A stretch of DNA of 64,000 nt from Glaucostegus cemiculus (lineage: Eukaryota). Below are positions 24,251-36,395 of the stretch, piece after piece. The notes beneath the pieces were generated by a model. It made no database searches. It saw nothing but the letters and a program-made list of their open reading frames with translations, and was not told the DNA's origin. The position numbers and the translations under genes were made by a program. How positions within the stretch are numbered: the stretch's first letter is position 1; each line of letters opens with the position of its first letter. Location: positions 3,410,001 to 3,474,000 of the forward strand of contig CDPCPM010000233.1 of assembly GCA_976551045.1 (NCBI GenBank), in the 5' to 3' direction.

Positions 24251-24469
24251 ACTCCTTACGAATGGAGCTTCATATCCTCTCACACTTTCAGTATTGAGCA
24301 CTGCAAGTGTGGTCTCACCAAACTATAGCAAGACTTTTTAAATTTTGAACGCTCTTACTTGGAATAAAGCCCAGCAACTATTCACCTTCCTAATGCTTTC
24401 TGTAACTGTACATTTACATGCTGTATTTCATGAGCTGGCATACCAATATAGTTCAGTGGTTGTGGAAAA

Positions 24470-25865
24470 AATAGGAATAGACCAGTAATAAATGTCTAAA
24501 GTTGGGGGAAGGTGAATTTTATTGAAATAAGGCAGGACCTGGCAAAAGTAGATTTGAAACGTCTACCTGCAGGTGGGTCCACACCTGCTCAGTGGGAAGC
24601 ATTCAAAGGAGAAAAAGGGAGAGTTCAGGGACAACAGTAACAAGTGCAGGGAACTCAATGTCAAAGGATTTAAGTAAAAAAAAAGGAAGCATATGACAGG
24701 AATAGAGAACTAAAGATGGGGAGGGCCTGTCAAAGGTATACTGTAAGTGTAGGGAGACGCTTAAAAAGGAAATCAGGAAGACAAAGAGGGCTCACGAAAT
24801 ATCACTGGCAGACAGCATTTTGGTAAACCCGAAGGCATTTCATATGTATATTAGGGGCAAAAGAATAGCCAGAGAAAGAGCAGGGCCCATTGGGGACAAC
24901 CGTGGCAATCGGTGCATGGAGCCAAAAGATGTAGAGGCGATCCTAAATGAATGCTTTTCTTCGGTATTCACAAAGGAAATGGATTTTATAAATGGAGAAC
25001 TCGGTGAAGGGGAAGGTGAAATTCTACTGCAGGTCTCTATAAATAGGGAGGAGGTACTCAATACCTTAGCAAGCTTAAAGGTTGATAAACTCCCAGGACC
25101 AGATGATGTTTATCCCAGGCTGCTATGGGAGGCAAGGGAAGAGGTAGCTATGCCTCTGGCTGAGATTTTTAAATCTTTGCTGGCTACAAGTGAGCTACCT
25201 GATGTTTGGAGGATGTCAAATGTCCCCCCCCCCCACACACTTTCAAGGAGGCAGCAGGAAAAAGCCTGGCAATTACAGACCTGTGATCCTAACATTAATA
25301 GTGGGCAAGTTATTAAAAACAATAAAGAGGGACAGGATTAGTGATCACTTGGAAAGGCAGACACTAATCAGAGATAACCAGCATGGCTTTGTCAAGGGCA
25401 GATCTTGTCTGACGAATCAGACTGAACTTTCTGAGGAGGTGACAAAGTGTATTGATGAGGGCAGTGCAGTAGGTGTGGTTTACGTGGACTTCAGCAGGGC
25501 CTTCGACAACGTCCTACATGGGAGACTGGTCCAAAAGGATAGGGCTGTGGGATCCAGGCCAAGTTAGCAAATTGGGTTCAAAATTGGGTTTGCAACAGGA
25601 GAGAGAGGGTGATGGGGGAGGGTTATTTTTGTGATTGGGTACCTGTATCCTGTGGTGTTCCACAGGAATCAATACTGGGAGCCTTGTTATTTGTAATATA
25701 TGTGAATGATGTGGATAACCCTGGGTTATCCACATCATTCAGGATACAGTCCTAATACAGGCAACTGGGATTAGTTTAGATGGGCAAAAGCTCGGCATGA
25801 ATGTGTAGTGCTAAAGGGGCTGCTTCTGTGCAGTATGCTCAATAATTCTATGATCCTATGACTCT
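24470..25865 (+). mobile_element. CR1 ORF2 fragment, internally deleted, joined to a 3' tail
   Basis: ORFs 24820-25341 and 25190-25567 contain KLPGPDDVYPRLLWE, PGNYRPV, QHGFVKGRSCLTN and VYVDFSRAFD. Confidence 0.92.
25703..25741. repeat. Perfect 19-bp palindrome with 1-nt centre
   Basis: tgaatgatgtggataaccc-t-gggttatccacatcattca. Confidence 0.95.
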
Positions 25866-27999
25866 ATTAGCATATAAAACTTTGTATTGGATAGTTGGGA
25901 CATCATTCTATGGTTCCAGTGGTAATTAGCATTTCCCATCAAATTAGTTAACCCTGAAAAATGATGAGGGATTGTGGAACAGTTTTAGCTCATGTCTGCT
26001 CATTGTTGCAAGCAGCATGCTCAATGTGTGCTACCTGATTTCCCTCACTATAACCATAACCCAACCCGTACTCTTCTTCCATTCCCAATACCCAAGAATG
26101 GGAAGCTTCCAAGTCAGTAGAAGAAAGGGAAGAAGACAGCGATCATGAGGAAGACCCAATCACTCAATTAGACAGGCAGCCACCAGTTAGGAAAAGCCAG
26201 GACTGAGGACGAATCGGTATGTAGGGGAGTCATTGGACACATGCCCCGGAGTTAGGGTGGCTGGACTGGGGGAAAGGCTAGAGCAGGTGTCAGTTTGCCA
26301 GAAGCTGAGACATCTTAATTTCTCCAGAGCAACGGGGAAGGAGCCAAACATATGAAAGGAAAAATTAAGACCCAGGGTTACCATAGCCAGTGCTGCCTTG
26401 CTCTCTTTGTAGTGAGTGCTTGTGACTGTTACCGCATTTCAGTCATGACCACATGGAGAAGCAGAAGTACCAGACGATTGATGTTGAGGTTAGTGAATTA
26501 TTCCTTGAGGATTTCTACAAAATATTCTTCCCTGGCTCCACTTATGCCAAGTGTGCATGCTGCTGTGGTTATTTGTTAGCTGCACTCATATTTCTTCACC
26601 AACAGAGTCTCCCTTACATTTCATATCCTCAGTAAGGAGCATATTTTCAATCATTTGGATGCCACTTAACACATGGAAAAGGAAATAAAATCAGAGAATG
26701 CTAGAAATACACAGCAGGTCAGACAGCATCCGTTCAGAGAGAAATGGTCATTGTTTCACTTCAATGACTTTTCATCAGAACTCATCAGGATGCCAGAGAG
26801 CCCAGTGATTTATCTAAAGAACAAAACAAGTCCTTTTTTAAGTAACTTATCGTTTTAATTGATGCCACAAAAAGAATGGGCAAACTGATTTCTGTCAGTC
26901 ATGCATTTCATCCCTAGACCTAGTACTCTATTATGTGACTTATTTACATTTGTCTTTATTGTTTGTACCTATAACTAATTATTATAGCTAATTAATCCAT
27001 TATATCACATTGCTATCATTAATTTATGTGACATCTGAAATAATGTAATACCAGTGACAATCTAGTAGCAATTTCACCATAAAATATTCACGTTTTACAA
27101 TCAAGTGTGCTGTTCTGACCTCTGAGTCTTGTGCAAGTGTAGACTTCAATTGCTTTAGGAAGCTTTAAGTGAAATGTTAAATTTGCAATGACTAGGAGCA
27201 TAATGGGAGGCCTAATAGTAGAACAAGTTTCAACAACAACCTGTAAGGTGATGAGATAACTGCCTGACAAAAGAGAGAGAGAGAGCATAAAGGTATGCAA
27301 AATCCATCTTTGATTCTGAGCATGAACAACTGAAAATCCCAGATAACAATCACACTATAATTTATATCAGTACATAATGACTAACCGCATTCTTCCAATG
27401 TTATTCTTGGGATGTGCTGTGGTGCCAAGTATTTAATCATTGATATCTGATTTTTTTAGTGTAACATTCAGTGCTGCTGTTTTCAAGTGCAATTTTCTTA
27501 TTCACACATCCTTCCAAAAAGCATTAATGCTGAACATCTTAAATTAAAACAGAAAATGCTGGAAACACTCAGCAGGTCAGGCAGCATTTGTGGAAAGAGA
27601 AACAGGGTTAATGTTGTGGGTCTGAGACCCTTTGTCAGAACTTTTGTCAAAGAGAGAAATCAATTTAGTTTCAGTATCAGGGAGGATGAAGGAGGGAAAG
27701 GGAGTACCTTTGATAGAGTGAGACCAAATGCATTAACCTGGCAGTTAGAATCAGAATTTGGTTCTTTGTCTATATTATGTGTTGCTAATAGCAAGGCTGT
27801 GGGACTATACGTTGCTCATATTATTTAATTTTGCTTGAGGAGACACAGTTCCAGTCCCTTACATGAATCTTGACTGTATCACAGACTAGTTGAACAGAGG
27901 CATCATGACTGAGTCTGTTTTCCCTCCACAGCCACTGTTTGTGAGAGGCCTTATACAGATCATTATTTTGCTTTGGCATCTACCAAGTGGATATGACTT

Positions 28000-28680
28000 G
28001 GATAAGGCTATTTCACATTTCAAACAGAAAAAACATAATATATTAAATAAACTAATAAACTAAAGTGGATAAAGCTCCTGGTTCAGACACATTGTAGAAT
28101 CCAGGAAAAAGATAGCATCACCACACGTATTTAGTAATTTGTTTAAAAAAAGGTGTTGCATCAGGGGATTGGCAGATGGCTAAGGTAGTACCTTTACATA
28201 AGAGGGATTGGAATATGCCCAGGATGTTGCAGAGTGGTAACAGAGAGGGTAAGCAATGGTAATGCATCATGTGTAATTTATCTAGATTTTCAGAAGTCTT
28301 TTAATAAGATGCTGTATAATAAGCTAATGAAGAAGCTTAGAGCTTGTGGAGACTAGAGAAAAGTAGATTTCCAGCTGGCATCAAGACAGAAAGCGGAAAG
28401 TGGGATAAAGAAGAGCTATTCCCAGTGGATGATGCATTCCACAGGGATCCGTGCTGGAATCATGAAGACACGAGAGTGCGGATGCTGGAATCTGGGGCAA
28501 TGAACACTCATTCTCTCCACATTTTTTTACACTGGCTATCTCTCCTCTACCTTTCAGTCCAGTTGAAGGGTCTTGACCCTCAATGTCAACTGTCCACTTC
28601 CCTCCATAGATGCTGCCTGACTCACTGGGACCCTCCAGCATCTTGTGTGTGGTGCTGGAATCATGACTGTTCGCAATGTA
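28000..28680 (+). mobile_element. Old CR1 fragment interrupted by a Penelope-derived insert (28466-28651)
   Basis: ctaaagtggataaagctcctgg, gattggcagatggctaag and ccacagggatccgtgctg (PQGSVL). The insert is flanked by gtgctggaatcatga at 28451 and 28652. Confidence 0.75.
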
Positions 28681-29124
28681 GCTGTTGGAATCAAAAAGAC
28701 AAATTATAAATTTTTTGTGTGATACCAAACCAATATACTTTTGGCTTCGTTGTTTCAGCATTTGAGGAAATGTAATATAGTCATTGTATAAACAAATCAT
28801 ATCTTGGACATGTTAATTTTACACAACAATGTACTCTCCGTGATGTACTCTCCATTGATGATGAATCAGATTCATAGTCGATGACCCAGGTTACGTGATT
28901 TGACAGATAGTTTATTCTTTTGCAACTGATAAAGTACTTGCTGCTGAACTGGGAATTCAACTGGAGACGTTGTTCAGTGTTCTGGATTGCTGAAACTTCT
29001 TAATGATAACTTTTGAAACTCTTGACCATTCAATTAAATGACGCATTTGAATGTTAAATTGCTGGGAGAATTTGGAGAACCTCAGCCAGGAGTATTGGAG
29101 ATACCTCCAAAAATGTGGATAAAA

Positions 29125-29292
29125 TAATAGCAACGTTTAAGTGCCATATATACAGGCACATGAACAGGCAGGGAATGGAGGGATACAGACCGTGTGCAGG
29201 CAGATGCACAGTTTAAATTGGTATCATGGTTGGCACAAACATTGTGGGCCGAAGGGCCTGTTCCTGTGCTGCACTGTCCTATGTTCTATGTA
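29125..29292 (+). mobile_element. CR1 3' terminal fragment
   Basis: gggccgaagggcctgttcctgtgctgcactgtcctatgttctatg tail. Confidence 0.85.
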
Positions 29293-29884
29293 AGACAAAC
29301 ACTTTTCCCCTTTGACTTTTTGGAGGAAGATTTAGCATGGTGACTTACTACTCACAATGTAAATATTGTAGGGTAAGTCACACATCATGATATTTTCATC
29401 TCTTTCACTCTCTGCCAGCCTGTTCTCTTCCATTATGATCTTGCTGTAAAAACTAAGCTTAGATCAACTCACATGCCATTACACAACTAATGTCGCACCA
29501 CCAACAAGCACAATGCTGTGTCACCTGGACTGTAACTCAGAACTGTTTGAAAGCATTGCTGTGATTGACAGGCAGGCAGGGTCTGGCCGGTATTGAACCT
29601 CTTCATTCCACTCTACCATGTGCACCATTTGGTTACTCTGCAGACCTACAATGCAAATGCGAGTGAAAACAGGTTTGTCAGTTCTGCTTCCAGAGAACTA
29701 TAAGTCATTTTCTAGAATTAGTATCATGCTGATCACATTGGGAGACAGAAGCCAGTTTCACGTGTAGTCAGAATAAAATGGAATTATCTTTTAGTTTTAT
29801 TAGCTAAGGACTAAATCATGAATTTATATTCCTACCAGATATGTTTGCAACCATTATTAATTTCTGTTTGGTGGACATGATTGA

Positions 29885-31198
29885 TACATGACTGAGGAAT
29901 TGGTGCGGGGGACAGGGTTTCAGATTTGTTGATCATTGGGATCTCTTCTGGGGAAGGTACGACCTGTACAAAAGGGACGAGTTACACCGGAACAGGTGGG
30001 GGACTGATATTCTTGCGGGCAGGTTTGCTAGAACTGTTGGGGAAGGTTAAAACTAGTTTGGCAGAGGGATGGGAACCCAAGTCATAGGTCAGAGATTGGT
30101 GCATTTAGTGTACAAGTAGATACAGCGTGTAGAAAGACTGAGGAAGGATAGGCAGTTGAAATGGCAAAATTGCAGTCAGTTGGATAGGCTGGAGTGTGTC
30201 TACTTTAATGCGAGAAGTACCAGGACAAGGGTGAGCAAGTACATGGAACTATGACGTTGTGCCCATGACAGAGAGTTGGCTGTCACAAGGGCTGGAATGG
30301 TTGCTGGATATTCCAGGGTTTAGGTGTTTCAAAAGGGACAGGGATGAGGTAAAAGAGATGGGGGAGTTGGAAGAGGCGAGGGAGGTCCTTAATGAATACT
30401 TTGCTTAAGAGGGTGGTTGTAGATAGAGTGTATTCTGCCTGGAGATTGGTGACCAGTGGTGTTCCACAGGGATCCGTTCTGAGATTCCTGCTCTTTGTGA
30501 TTTTTATAAGTGACTTGGATGAGGATGTGGAAGGGTGGATTAGTAAGTGTGCAGATGACACAAAGGTTATTGTTGATGTGGATAGTGTAGAAGATTGCAG
30601 TAGGACATTGATGGGATGCAGGGCTGGGCTAAGAAGTGGCAGATGGCATTCAATCCGGAAAAGTGTGAAGCGATAGACTTTGGAAGATTGAATTTGAATC
30701 AGAATCCAAGGTTAATGGCAGGACTCTTAACAGTGCGGAGGAACAGAGGGATCTTGGGGTCCATGTCCATAGATCCCTCAAAGTTGCCGCGCAGGTTGAT
30801 AGGGTTGTTAAGAAGGTGTATTGTGTGTTGGCTTTCATTAGTTGGGATATTGAGTTCAAGAGTTGCTAGGTAATATTGCAGCTCTATAAAACTCTGTTTT
30901 GCGTTCAGTTCTGGTCGCCTCATTATAGGAAGGATGTGGAAGCTTTAGAGAGAGTGCAGAGGAGATTTACCAGGATGCTGCCTGGATTGGAGAGTGCTGG
31001 GTGTGTGGAACACACTGCCAGCAGAGGTGGTGGATGCAGATACTTTAGGGACATTTAAAAGACTCTTAGATAGCCACATGAATGACAGAAAAATGGAGGG
31101 CGATGTGAGAGGGAAGGGTGAGATAGATTTTAGAGCAGGATAAAATGTCAGCACAACATCATGGCCAAAGGTCCTGTACCGTGTTGTAATGTTCTATG
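29885..31198 (+). mobile_element. Multiply deleted CR1 retaining the ORF1 esterase end, APE start, RT part and 3' tail
   Basis: WCGGQGFRFVDHWDLFWGRYDLYKRDELH (SGNH-esterase-type ORF1), CVYFNARS / YDVVPMTESWL (APE), SGVPQGSVL...KCADDTK (RT). Confidence 0.92.
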
Positions 31199-31729
31199 AG
31201 ACTGAAAGTTTGAATTTCATTCTGCTCTTTTTTAATGTGGTGCCCCCCCTCCCCCACAATGATTGGCACCAGTCATTTATAGGATGGACATGACAACATT
31301 AATAATGAGCATCTACCCATCAAATCTCATCTGAGTGAGACTGTATCTTTCCCATTATACCAAGCAGTCTAATTCTAAATAACTTAGATGCTTTGCCTGA
31401 CAGTTTATTCAAACATTATTGCTGTTTTAGGTAAAGATGTGCTACCTAATATCATGCTATTTATGTCCTATTTATATGCTATTTAGAAAAGTATTGCTGT
31501 TTGATATTGTACACAAAATATCTATCAGTGCTGGCATAGTGTGAAGTAATGTTCTGATTTGGTAATGTATACCATTTAGAATTTTGTGTCTGTCAGTGAA
31601 ATCACCGCTCAGGTTTCTGTAGTGACGAGTTTAATTTTCCATAAATCTTTCTTGATCTGTTGAGATCAGGGACCATATTCTTCTTGTGTTCTTTACACGC
31701 TATAGTCCACGTATAGCAAAATGAAGTCT

Positions 31730-32105
31730 AAGGAAATGAGCTAAGCCGTTAAAGATTGAGGTGAGGAGATGTTTATTCTGCCAGCGATTGGTGAACTTGT
31801 GGAATGCTCTACATCAGAAAGCAGTAGAAGCCAAACCCAGTCTAGAAGGAGTTGAATATTTTTCTTTGGGCTGGAGGATCAAGGAATGTATGGAGGCAGG
31901 ATTCTGAAATCAGACAGAGACTGCAGATGCTGGAGTCGGGAGCAGCAAACAACCTGCTGGAGGAACTCAGCGAGTTGAGCCTTATGCTGCTTGACCTGCC
32001 GAATTTCTCCAGCAGATTGTTACCGAAATCGGAGGATCCGTCATGATCATATCAAATGGCAGAGCAGACTCAAAGGGTCGCGTCAACAACCCCAAGTCCT
32101 GATTT
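31730..32105 (+). mobile_element. CR1 3' remnant with a nested Penelope-derived palindromic piece (~31905-32025)
   Basis: gtgaacttgtggaatgctctac...aaatggcagagcagactcaaggg; insert ctgcagatgctggagtc...ctccagcagattgtt. Confidence 0.7.
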
Positions 32106-32197
32106 CTACATTTCTGTGTTTTCTGTGAATGACCCTGTTATTGTAGAAGTGTTCCAGCTCCTGAATTGTAAAATCCAGCATTGTCTTTACAGCTTTA

Positions 32198-32620
32198 TCA
32201 GAATCAGAATCAGTTTTATTGTCACAACCATATACATACATAGTATGCATAGAAGCGAGATACCGTCCTCCTCAGGTGCTCGTCCCATTAAATAACAACC
32301 AACAGAGACACACAGACACACTTAACAGAATAAACATTAAAAAACATTAAACATTAAAAACTACGGAAGTTAAAATTAAATTAATACGCAGATTAAATTA
32401 AAAATGGCCAGTAAATAAATAAATAGTTATTAAAGTGAACAGGCTGGTGTCGGGCATTTAAAGTGCTGGTGCATTTCTGTGCACCTAGCATCTCTTAGTG
32501 TTAACAAAGGAAGATGGAGGGATGAGAGAGTTTGCAGTTCTGATGGCTTGCGGAAAGAAGCTATTGTTCAGCCTGGTTGTTCTTGCCCTGATACATTGAA
32601 GCCTCTTCCCTGATGGCAAA
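32198..32620 (-). mobile_element. Young Rex1/Babar 3' fragment, same family as 46535-48144
   Basis: The reverse complement is almost identical to ~47720-48144; tail aataaaactgattctgattctga. Confidence 0.95.
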
Positions 32621-32702
32621 ATTTATGTCACTGATGTGGCTAAACATTACAGCTTTCTACATGCTTCTTGTAATTGCTTCTCTACATTAACTGGGTATTG
32701 GA

Positions 32703-33845
32703 AGTCACAAGAGGTTCTGCAGATGCTGAAAACCTGGAGCAACACACACCAAGTGCTGGAGAAGCTCCAGCAGGTCAGGCAGCATCTATGGAGGGAAATG
32801 AAGAGTCAACGTTTCAAGCAAAGGTCCTTCATCAGGACTGGACAGAAAGGGGACAGAAGCCAGAATAAAAGGGTGGGGGGGAGGTGGAGGAGCATGGGCC
32901 GGTGGGTGATAGGCAAATCCAGGTGAGGGGGGAAACAGGAATGAGGTGCGAAGCTGGAAGGTGACGGGTGGAAGAGGCAAAGGGCTGAAGAAGAAGGAAT
33001 CTAATGGGAGAGGACATTAGACAATTGAATAAAGGAAAGGAGGAGGGGAACCAGAGAGAGGAAGGTGTGGGTGATGGGCTGGTCGTGAGGGTGGGGGAGG
33101 GGAAAGGGAAGGAGTCAAGGGGCCAGAGGGATAAGGGAAAACCAAGGTGGGGGGAGGTGGTTACTGGAAGTTCGATGTCGATGCCATCAGTTTGGAGACT
33201 AACAAGAAAGAATATGAGGTGTTATTCCTATGGTATGTGCCTAGTCTCATCTTGACAGTGGAGGAGGCCATGGACAGACATGTCAGTGTGGGAATGGGAA
33301 GTGGAATTAAAATGGCTGGCCACTGGGAGATCCTGGCCATTGCAGTGGACGGAGCGAAGGTGCTCAATGAAGCGATGCCCCCAATCTGCATCGGGTCTCA
33401 CCGATGTAGAGGAGGTTGTGCCAGGAGCACCAGACGCAATAAATGACACCAATGGAGTCACGTGTGAAGGGCCTCCTCACCTGGAAGGACTGTCTAGGGC
33501 CCTGACTGGTGGTGAGGTGGAGGGGCAGGTGTAACACTTTGCACAGTTGTGGGCGTAAATGCCCGGAGGGGGTCGGTGGGGAAGGACGAGTGGACAAAGG
33601 AGTCATGGAGAGAGCAATCCCTGCAGAAAGTGGAGAGAGGGGGAGAGGGGAAGATGTGCCTGGTGGTGGGATCCCATTGGACATGGCAGAAATTGTGGAG
33701 GATGATATGTTGGATGCAGAGGCTCGTAGGGTGGTAGGTGAGGACAAGGAGAGCCCTGTCCCTGTTACGTTGGGAGGGGTGGAGTGGGGTGAGGGCAAAA
33801 GTGCGGGAAATGGAGGAGGTGCGGATGAGAGCTGCATTGATATGG
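32703..33845 (-). mobile_element. Penelope-like element, 5'-truncated, GIY-YIG endonuclease region plus pLTR
   Basis: ORF 33364-33837 reads GVIYCVWCSWHNLLYIGETRCRLG (GIY-YIG); adjacent frames read VLTYHPTSL and EHLRSV...PVASHFNS..HSH. Confidence 0.92.
32804..32839 (-). ncRNA. Minimal type I hammerhead ribozyme motif in Penelope pLTR
   Basis: Minus strand AGUC-CUGAUGA-AGGACCUUUGCUU-GAAAC-GUU-GACU: both core boxes intact, helix I AGUC/GACU, helix II AGG/CUU. Confidence 0.7.
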
Positions 33846-34775
33846 TGCGGGTATTGCAAGTGTCAGGATTTACTGGGATTATGCTGGATTTAATTTTACA
33901 AGGGTGAAACCAGAGTTAGATTTACAAGGATGAGAGCAAAAGGTTACGTTTGGTATTGTGAGAGGAAGTAGATTGGGAGGGAGTGTAGGACACTTGCCTG
34001 AGTGATAGGTTTCTGTGCTCCAAACGCTACGTTATCTCTGCAGAGGGTCATTCTTTATTTACCTTACCTGGCAAAAATAATGTCAACATGAGGTTCAAGG
34101 ACTCCACAATGCGGATGAAGGGTGATAATTTGAAGTAAAGTGACATGCTGAAATAATGGGTGACCTGGGAGCCTAACAATCAATTCTTGTGATAAAATTC
34201 ACAAATATATTGAGATGCAGCTTAAATATATCCAAAGAGTTTATGGTTTATCTTGCAAAGCAGAATCCCTAAACTATTTACTTTTCACACAGAAGGTACA
34301 TCACATAACCTTCTTGTCCAATCAGGATTACATTGTAAACACACATAAGTATCCAGAGAATAGCCAACACATGCTTAAGCACTCCAACTCCTTTCAGAAT
34401 TCCCATTGGGATCTACCCTGGGATTTTAAAAATGAGATGACCTGAGAAAATTGGCCACTTCCATGTTATTTGTCTGTGACTGCCAATGCTCATTCTAGCC
34501 ATTAAAACATTACAGAAGGTAAATCCAGGTTGTAGTTTTCCTGGTAGCATTACTCAGCAATGCCATTCACCAATGGATCCTTGCCAATAACAAATCTAAA
34601 ATAATCAGCTAAAAATAGAAGACTGAAAGAACATGAAACCTTCTAGTCACTCAAATGTAGCCAGTTTTATTATTTATTTTTCTTGGTAAATATCATCTAG
34701 TATTATCAAATAGGAGGCTGAAATAGATACATACCATCCATGTGAAAGGCTCTGGGTACAGCTCCAAGTGTTTAT

Positions 34776-34780
34776 ACGCA

Positions 34781-34841
<61 letters not shown>
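34776..34841. repeat. (ACGC)n(AC)n microsatellite
   Basis: Directly visible. Confidence 0.98.
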
Positions 34842-34843
<2 letters not shown>

Positions 34844-35307
34844 CAGTGGTTTGAATCCTGGATTTACAAAAATGCACGGTGAAACTTATTGACAAATTAA
34901 GAGATGAATCTGTTAGTTTGTTCTGTCTCTGGGCACTACTTGGAGAATTAAACAGCAAGTTGCAAAAAATGTCAGGCCTGGCACAGATCCAAAATCTAAT
35001 GATTTCTTCATTGGCCAAAGAATTAGGAGACAACAGAGAAGTTAGGTAATTTTTTTTTTAAATTACATGTTTTACTTTACAGCATTAATTATTTTTAAGT
35101 TTTTTAATTTAGTTTCAGTTAACTTTTTTTTGTTTGTTAATTTTTTAATTAACTTTAGTTTTAGAAGTTTTGAAAGGTCTCAGAATGTCAGCATTGGGAC
35201 CCTGTCACTGAACTTCAGGGTAGGTAAAATAGGCCCTCCGCATCTGGCCCAGGTAATGCATGCAGGTAGGGATTGTGAGTGGTAGCTCCAGGAAGGGAGA
35301 TTACATC

Positions 35308-35449
35308 NNNNNNNNNNNNNNNNNNNNNNNNNNNNNNNNNNNNNNNNNNNNNNNNNNNNNNNNNNNNNNNNNNNNNNNNNNNNNNNNNNNNNNNNNNNNN
35401 NNNNNNNNNNNNNNNNNNNNNNNNNNNNNNNNNNNNNNNNNNNNNNNNN
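35308..35449. other. Assembly gap
   Basis: Run of N. Confidence 1.
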
Positions 35450-35578
35450 AATATATGCATGCAAACAAACTTATGTAAAATGCCCTCAGGCAATTTGAAC
35501 CTCATCTTTGGCACTAACTCTGTACACTCTCTGCTCCACTGTCTGTGGTGGAATTTCAAGTGCCTCTGCGCTTCAACA

Positions 35579-35655
<77 letters not shown>

Positions 35656-35677
35656 TTCTCTTTCCCCCTCTCTCTCT
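35579..35677. repeat. (CT)n microsatellite
   Basis: Directly visible. Confidence 0.98.
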
Positions 35678-35764
35678 ATAAATCTGCTGGTCTGGCCATC
35701 TGTGTGCCTATCTGTTCATCCAACTGCCTCTCTATTTGTTCATCTATATTTCTACTTAATGAAG

Positions 35765-35985
35765 TTGGACTCTTAACCTCACAATCTACCTTATCATGGC
35801 CTTATTGTCTGTCTGTGTTGCACTTTCTCTGTAACTGTAACACCTTATTCTGCATTCTATTATTGTTTTTCCCTGTTACTACCTCAATGTACTGATGCGA
35901 TGAAGTGACCTATATGGACGACATGCAAAACAAAGCTTTTCACTGTACCTCAGTACATGTGACAAGAATAAACCAACTGACCAAT
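35765..35985 (+). mobile_element. Rex1-type 3' UTR/tail fragment
   Basis: Similar to 13160-13398 (gcactttctctgtaactgt...gcttttcactgtacctcagtacatgtgacaagaataaacc). Confidence 0.85.
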
Positions 35986-36089
35986 TGTAATTATACAAAG
36001 ACATGCACCAATGCATACCTGCATACAGACATACCCATATAAAGCATATACATACACAGGCACTCTCATGTAGTTTCATAAAAACATTG

Positions 36090-36395
36090 CTGAAGGGCAG
36101 TAACGCTGCTGCCTCAAAGCTCAAGCGATCTGTTTTCACTCCTGACCTTGGGTCCTGCCTGTGTGGAATATGTATGTTCTCTGCATGGCTTTCCCCCAGC
36201 TGCTCTGATTCCAAAGATGTGTTCCAACGGTATGTTAACTGGTACATTACCCTCAGTGTGGGCAGGTGGCCAGAGGATCAATGGGGAATTGGTGGGTAAG
36301 CATGAGAGAAAAGGTCACAGGAGTACAGGTAAGTAAGGGGGTAGGAGCGGGAACTGGGATGGACTCAATGGACAAAATGACCTCTTATAAGTAAG
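36090..36395 (+). mobile_element. V-type tRNA SINE with CR1-type tail
   Basis: gctgctgcctca...cctgaccttgggtcctgcctgtgtggaat...ggactcaatggacaaaatgacctc. Confidence 0.7.

Noticed and set aside
26095-26635. Acidic peptide EWEASKSVEEREEDSDHEED and the 60-aa ORF at 26453
   Set aside because: Purine-rich composition explains the peptide; no consistent splice sites or homology recognised.
35180-35776. ORFs spanning N runs (also ~52797-53218 and ~55939-56368)
   Set aside because: Artefacts of assembly gaps and microsatellites.
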